Below are positions 60,150 to 64,000 of a stretch of DNA of 64,000 nt, piece by piece. The stretch is taken from assembly GCA_963702205.1 (NCBI GenBank), contig OY969724.1, positions 992,001-1,056,000 on the forward strand, in the 5' to 3' direction. The notes under the pieces are model-generated. The model saw only the letters and a program-made list of their open reading frames with translations, was not told the origin of the DNA and did no database searches. The position numbers and the translations under genes were made by a program. This stretch comes from an uncultured candidate division Zixibacteria bacterium. GTDB taxonomy: Bacteria > Zixibacteria > MSB-5A5 > GN15 > PGXB01. How positions within the stretch are numbered: position 1 is the stretch's first letter; the number at the start of each line of letters is the position of its first letter.

Positions 60150-61653
60150 GCTGTTTCTCCTTTGGGTCGCGTGTCAGCATGAGACGAAAGTCGCGCCTGA
60201 TCTTCCACACACTTACGATCACGACGAAGATCTCCAGTCGTCCGACGAACATGGCTACCGTCTCAGCCCATAGAGCGGTATCAGGCATATTCGCTGAAGT
60301 TACCCCTACCGAAAGCCCGACCGTTCCAATAGCGGAAGCGAATTCAAAAAGTGAATCCTTGAGAGAGAAGCCGGAGGCACATAACACAAGCGAGCCCAGG
60401 ATATAGAGCGTCAGGTAGAGAAAAACGAAGACGGCGATCTGGCGAAGTCTTTCGTCGCTGAAAAACAGGCGACGGTCACCTTCCCATACAGGTCTTTCAA
60501 GGATTGCGCTCCGGGGTATGAGCATTCGTTTTACTTCCCAGCTGATCGACTTTGCCAACGTGTAGACTCGGAATTGCTTCAGTCCGCCTGCGGTTGAACA
60601 GGTGCCGCCGCCGACAAGCATCAGTGCTATCAGCACAAGCCAGCCGAAAGCTCCCCAGTGGACGTAGCTGACGGTCGAGTACCCGGTAGTTGTGAGGGCA
60701 GTGATTGACTCGAAGACGGCAACCCGCACCGATTTACTCAATTGCGGGTACATGCTGTGCGTTATGAACAGGAACACGGCGGCAATGGAAAGCGGCACAA
60801 GATACGCCATTACTCTAACTTCGCCGTTGCGTATCACGGATTTGACATTTCCCCTTAATAGAAACCAGGCTGTGACAAAACTCATATTTCCCAGAATCAT
60901 CAAGGGAATCGTCACGGCCTCAACGGCTACCGAATCCCAGTAGCCGATACTCTCGGCCCGTGTCGAGAATCCTCCGGTTGACACGGCGCAAAATGAGTGA
61001 TTGAGGGCATCGAAGGGAGACATTCCGGCCAGCCAATAGGCGACGGTACCTATTGCGGCGTAACCCGCGTAGACAATAAGTACCAGTCGCGCGGACTGCC
61101 GGACCTGCGGAACCAATTGGTCGCTTCGCCCTTCCGCGGCCGAGATGCCGGTGCCGGTAGGACCGAGTATCGCAGACATCATGATGATGGCAAGCCCCGC
61201 GCCTCCGGCCAGTTGCATCACGCTTCTAAAGATAAGTACGAGCGGACCTGCCGTTGTCACGTCTACCACAGAAAGGCCGGTAGTGGTCCACCCGCTGACG
61301 GACTCGAAGAGTGCCCGCGAAAAAGGCAGCCCCAGAATCTCCATGAAGGGAAAGGCCGAGAATACGGTGACGGTTACCCAACTCAAGAGGACGATAACGC
61401 CACCCTCTTCAAGTGACAGCGACATGCCTTCGGCCGGTCGGGAGGCTCTCTGCAACACCAGCCCCAGAAATGCAAGACCGGCTGACGGCAGAATGAACGC
61501 AAGCGCGTGCTCTCTTTCCCCCCAGTAGCCAAAGAAAATCGTTAACACGGGTGCAATGATCACACCGGAAGACAGCAAGAAAACCACACCCAGTGACGAA
61601 AGTATCGCGCGGTAGCGCTGTCTGATGTAAGCAGGTTCTCGTATCACAAGCAC
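60142..61653 (-). CDS. trkH: TrkH family potassium uptake protein
   Basis: FESVSGWTTTG, STGGFS, TTTGYS, GGGTCSTAGGLK, SAIGTVGLS, GRLE. Confidence 0.93.
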   Translation of the reverse strand: MLVIREPAYIRQRYRAILSSLGVVFLLSSGVIIAPVLTIFFGYWGEREHALAFILPSAGLAFLGLVLQRASRPAEGMSLSLEEGGVIVLLSWVTVTVFSAFPFMEILGLPFSRALFESVSGWTTTGLSVVDVTTAGPLVLIFRSVMQLAGGAGLAIIMMSAILGPTGTGISAAEGRSDQLVPQVRQSARLVLIVYAGYAAIGTVAYWLAGMSPFDALNHSFCAVSTGGFSTRAESIGYWDSVAVEAVTIPLMILGNMSFVTAWFLLRGNVKSVIRNGEVRVMAYLVPLSIAAVFLFITHSMYPQLSKSVRVAVFESITALTTTGYSTVSYVHWGAFGWLVLIALMLVGGGTCSTAGGLKQFRVYTLAKSISWEVKRMLIPRSAILERPVWEGDRRLFFSDERLRQIAVFVFLYLTLYILGSLVLCASGFSLKDSLFEFASAIGTVGLSVGVTSANMPDTALWAETVAMFVGRLEIFVVIVSVWKIRRDFRLMLTRDPKEKQHA

Positions 61654-61660
61654 TTCCCCG

Positions 61661-62320
61661 TCACTTCTCGCCCGTGAACAATTTCAGCACCGGTCCGTGA
61701 TTTTCCGGAAGGGTCACCAGTACGACCCGATCCCCCGACCGCAGGTCATTGGCTCCTCGGGGGACAATCGGCTGATCGTCGCGTATAACTACCGCCACCA
61801 ATGAATTGGCAGGTAGAGAAATATCCTTGAGGAGCTTCCCGGAGACGGGAGAGTTGTCATCGATGACTAATTCGGTAACATTGACACGCCCTTCTCCCAC
61901 CGGGACGAGGTTCAATACATGCTCAAGTGTCGCACGTTGTTCAATCAGGCTGGCGATAATTTCGATAATCGAGAAGGCGGATACGCCGAGTTTCTCAAAC
62001 ACCTGAGTATTTTCCGGATCGTTGGCCAGAGCAACGACTCGCGGGACCCCGAATTGATGAGCGGCTATCTGGCAAACCACGAGGTTATCCTGGTCTTGAG
62101 GCGAAATAGCCAGGACTGCGTCGGCCCCTCTGGCACCCGCATCGCTGAGGATGCCGGGATCGCTGGCGTCGCCGCAGATAACGGTTATCGGCAGTTGACG
62201 AGCCAATTGCACGCACTCTGCGTCGTTCCCGTTCACGATCACGACATCATAGCCCTTGGCGATAAAGGTGCGGCACAAGAAATAAAGAGTGTGACCGCTG
62301 CCGACAATGATGATTTTCAC
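61661..62320 (-). CDS. trkA: TrkA family K+ uptake regulatory protein (RCK-N + RCK-C)
   Basis: IIIVGSG, GDASDP, DQDNL, C-terminal SPVSGK.L....LP...VPRG; GGGAGG before the GTG. Confidence 0.88.
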   Translation of the reverse strand: MKIIIVGSGHTLYFLCRTFIAKGYDVVIVNGNDAECVQLARQLPITVICGDASDPGILSDAGARGADAVLAISPQDQDNLVVCQIAAHQFGVPRVVALANDPENTQVFEKLGVSAFSIIEIIASLIEQRATLEHVLNLVPVGEGRVNVTELVIDDNSPVSGKLLKDISLPANSLVAVVIRDDQPIVPRGANDLRSGDRVVLVTLPENHGPVLKLFTGEK

Positions 62321-62757
62321 CGTGGCACCTCCCATCCGTCAGACATGCCGTGTTTGACTACGCGGAGGAACAAGTCGGCGGCTACCGACGTGGGGCACAC
62401 TGTGTCAATACCCAGACTGGCGTAAATTGCTTCTCTTTTGGGATCGAAAACTCTGGCGAGGACACGGGGGACATCAAACAGGCGACGTGCGACCTGGGCT
62501 ACCATAAGATTGACGTTGTCGAAGTGAGTAGTCGCGATGAGAACATCGGCGTCCTTGACTTTCGCCTCACGCAAAACTGAGACGTGAGTGGCATCGCCAA
62601 CGATTCTAAAGCCACTGAAATCCGAAGAGAGGTCCTCAAGTGTTGTTTCGACCTTGTCAATCACCACAACCGAATGGCCGTCCCGGCTGAACTGATTGGC
62701 GAGATGCGAACCCAGCCGCCCGCACCCGACAATGACGATGTATAGGCTATTCTTCAT
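62317..62757 (-). CDS. TrkA-N (RCK-N only) protein
   Basis: IVIVGCGRLG, GDAT, DNVNL, ARVFDP. Confidence 0.85.
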   Translation of the reverse strand: MKNSLYIVIVGCGRLGSHLANQFSRDGHSVVVIDKVETTLEDLSSDFSGFRIVGDATHVSVLREAKVKDADVLIATTHFDNVNLMVAQVARRLFDVPRVLARVFDPKREAIYASLGIDTVCPTSVAADLFLRVVKHGMSDGWEVPR

Positions 62758-63472
62758 CGGTCTCCGCCTCGGAGTGACCGTTCCTCTCGACACTGCCCGT
62801 GTCATTCGGTCCCAAGTCAATCGGACCAAACTTGTTCCATGAGCCGGTGCGTTCGAGATTAGCCCAGGCCGGTTTGAAGGTGGGATCAATATCCAATGCT
62901 GCCCGATAGAAATTCTGGGCTTCGCGTTTGTCTCCCTTGATTTCCAGTAACGCGCCAAACAGGTTATAAGCTTCCGGGTGCGTAGGGTCAAAGGCAATGG
63001 CCTTTTGAGCGGTTTCACGGGCAGAGCCAAAATCCCGATTGGAGATATGGAGCTTGGCCAGTTCGATAAGGGAGCGGTAGTCGACGGCGCTCGCTTCGTC
63101 AAGTTCCTCTCGTTTGAGGACCTGGGTGGCGAGGTCGCGAATTTCTCCCGGGCTGAACGGCTTTTGAATGAAGTCGATGGCTCCCAATTTCATTGCTTCC
63201 ACGGCAGACTCGATGGTACCGTGGGCCGATATGATTATGACGCGGGTCGTCGGCCAGTCATCCTTTACCCGCCGAAGAACGTCCATACCATCGATGCCGG
63301 GCATCCGCAGATCGAGGAAGACGAGTCTAAACGGCCTTTGACGAAGCTTCTGAAGTGCTTCTTCACCGTTTACGGCCGTCTCCACGGGGATGTGCAGGGT
63401 TTCCAGAGATTGTGCGACAGTCATTCTGATGTTTTTTTCGTCGTCAACAACCAGGATAGGTTTCTTGTCCAT
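62747..63472 (-). CDS. Response regulator receiver fused to TPR repeats
   Basis: ILVVDDE, FLDLRMPG, KPF; AIAFDPTHPEAYNLFG, ALDIDPTFKPAWANL. Confidence 0.88.
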   Translation of the reverse strand: MDKKPILVVDDEKNIRMTVAQSLETLHIPVETAVNGEEALQKLRQRPFRLVFLDLRMPGIDGMDVLRRVKDDWPTTRVIIISAHGTIESAVEAMKLGAIDFIQKPFSPGEIRDLATQVLKREELDEASAVDYRSLIELAKLHISNRDFGSARETAQKAIAFDPTHPEAYNLFGALLEIKGDKREAQNFYRAALDIDPTFKPAWANLERTGSWNKFGPIDLGPNDTGSVERNGHSEAETDEE

Positions 63473-63508
63473 ATGCTATACTCACTTTCATGTCCAGTCA
63501 GCTCAGGG

Positions 63509-64000
63509 TTATTGTTTTTTGACAGCTGTCTCCCGCGGCGATATCCCGCCGATTACCCCACGAACCGAAATCCAGGCGAAAAGACCCAGCCCCAGTAGAA
63601 AGCCGACAGTGCCAATCCAGGTCCACGTGCCGCCGTCCCCGAGCAGCATAGCGAGTGCAGATGCGGCCATGACACCGCCGCTGGTTAATAAACCCAGCTT
63701 GTTTACGGTAGTATGCAGATCACCCTTTCTGCCGGATTTGGCACGGAGCAAGCCTTGATCTTTGAGTTCCTTTTCAGACGTGGGATCGACTTCGGCATAA
63801 CCCCCCCGGAGATAGTTGAGTAATTGGTATAATCCGAATTTCAACCTTGTCGGCTTGGAACGAACCAGGGCCAGAGGCGGCTGGATCTTTCGCGCAATTC
63901 GTGACATTTTGGTGGAGAAGAATTTCCGTTTCAGCCAACTGTCTCTGGTCGCGCCCAGGACCACACAGGAAAAGTCGTTGGCGACCTGAATGATAGTTCT
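63509..64000 (-). CDS. 3' part of a membrane protein (USP-like segment then 2 TMs); start outside window
   Basis: Frame open to the window edge (RTIIQVANDFSCVVLGATRDSWL...). Confidence 0.55.
   Translation of the reverse strand, partial: RTIIQVANDFSCVVLGATRDSWLKRKFFSTKMSRIARKIQPPLALVRSKPTRLKFGLYQLLNYLRGGYAEVDPTSEKELKDQGLLRAKSGRKGDLHTTVNKLGLLTSGGVMAASALAMLLGDGGTWTWIGTVGFLLGLGLFAWISVRGVIGGISPRETAVKKQ

Noticed and set aside
62758..63102. N-terminal extension of TrkA-N in the ORF track
   Set aside because: It overlaps the receiver-TPR gene in another frame; GGAG and ATG at 62757 give the normal start.

Overview
A 64-kb bacterial chromosomal window with no rRNA, tRNA, CRISPR array or intact mobile element that I can see. 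Dockerin-like and FlgD/T9SS-type C-terminal domains, many multiheme cytochromes and a eukaryotic-like kinase suggest candidate phylum Zixibacteria or a related FCB-group anaerobe (inference). Contents: housekeeping and stress genes (lemA/DUF2207, ECF/anti-sigma, ettA, mntH-USP/fur, dsbD, sodC), two exported clan-CD cysteine peptidases, a TauE x2/TIGR02186/receiver x3/histidine kinase/PEP-utiliser cluster, a Rieske-cytochrome b-nonaheme operon, an 11-heme cytochrome c/b fusion, a five-subunit chaperone-usher-like pilus operon, and a Trk K+ block that abruptly truncates a sensor kinase. Top observation: the membrane Ser/Thr kinase at 44300..46753(-) appears not to end at its TGA. The frame continues for 63 homologous-looking codons, the TGA sits in a C-x-x-U motif, and 11 nt downstream is a hairpin with a GGUC loop like the E. 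coli fdhF SECIS. This is a candidate selenocysteine-containing receptor kinase. Three genes carry single-base insertions just 5' of GTAC on the + strand, probably systematic sequencing errors.
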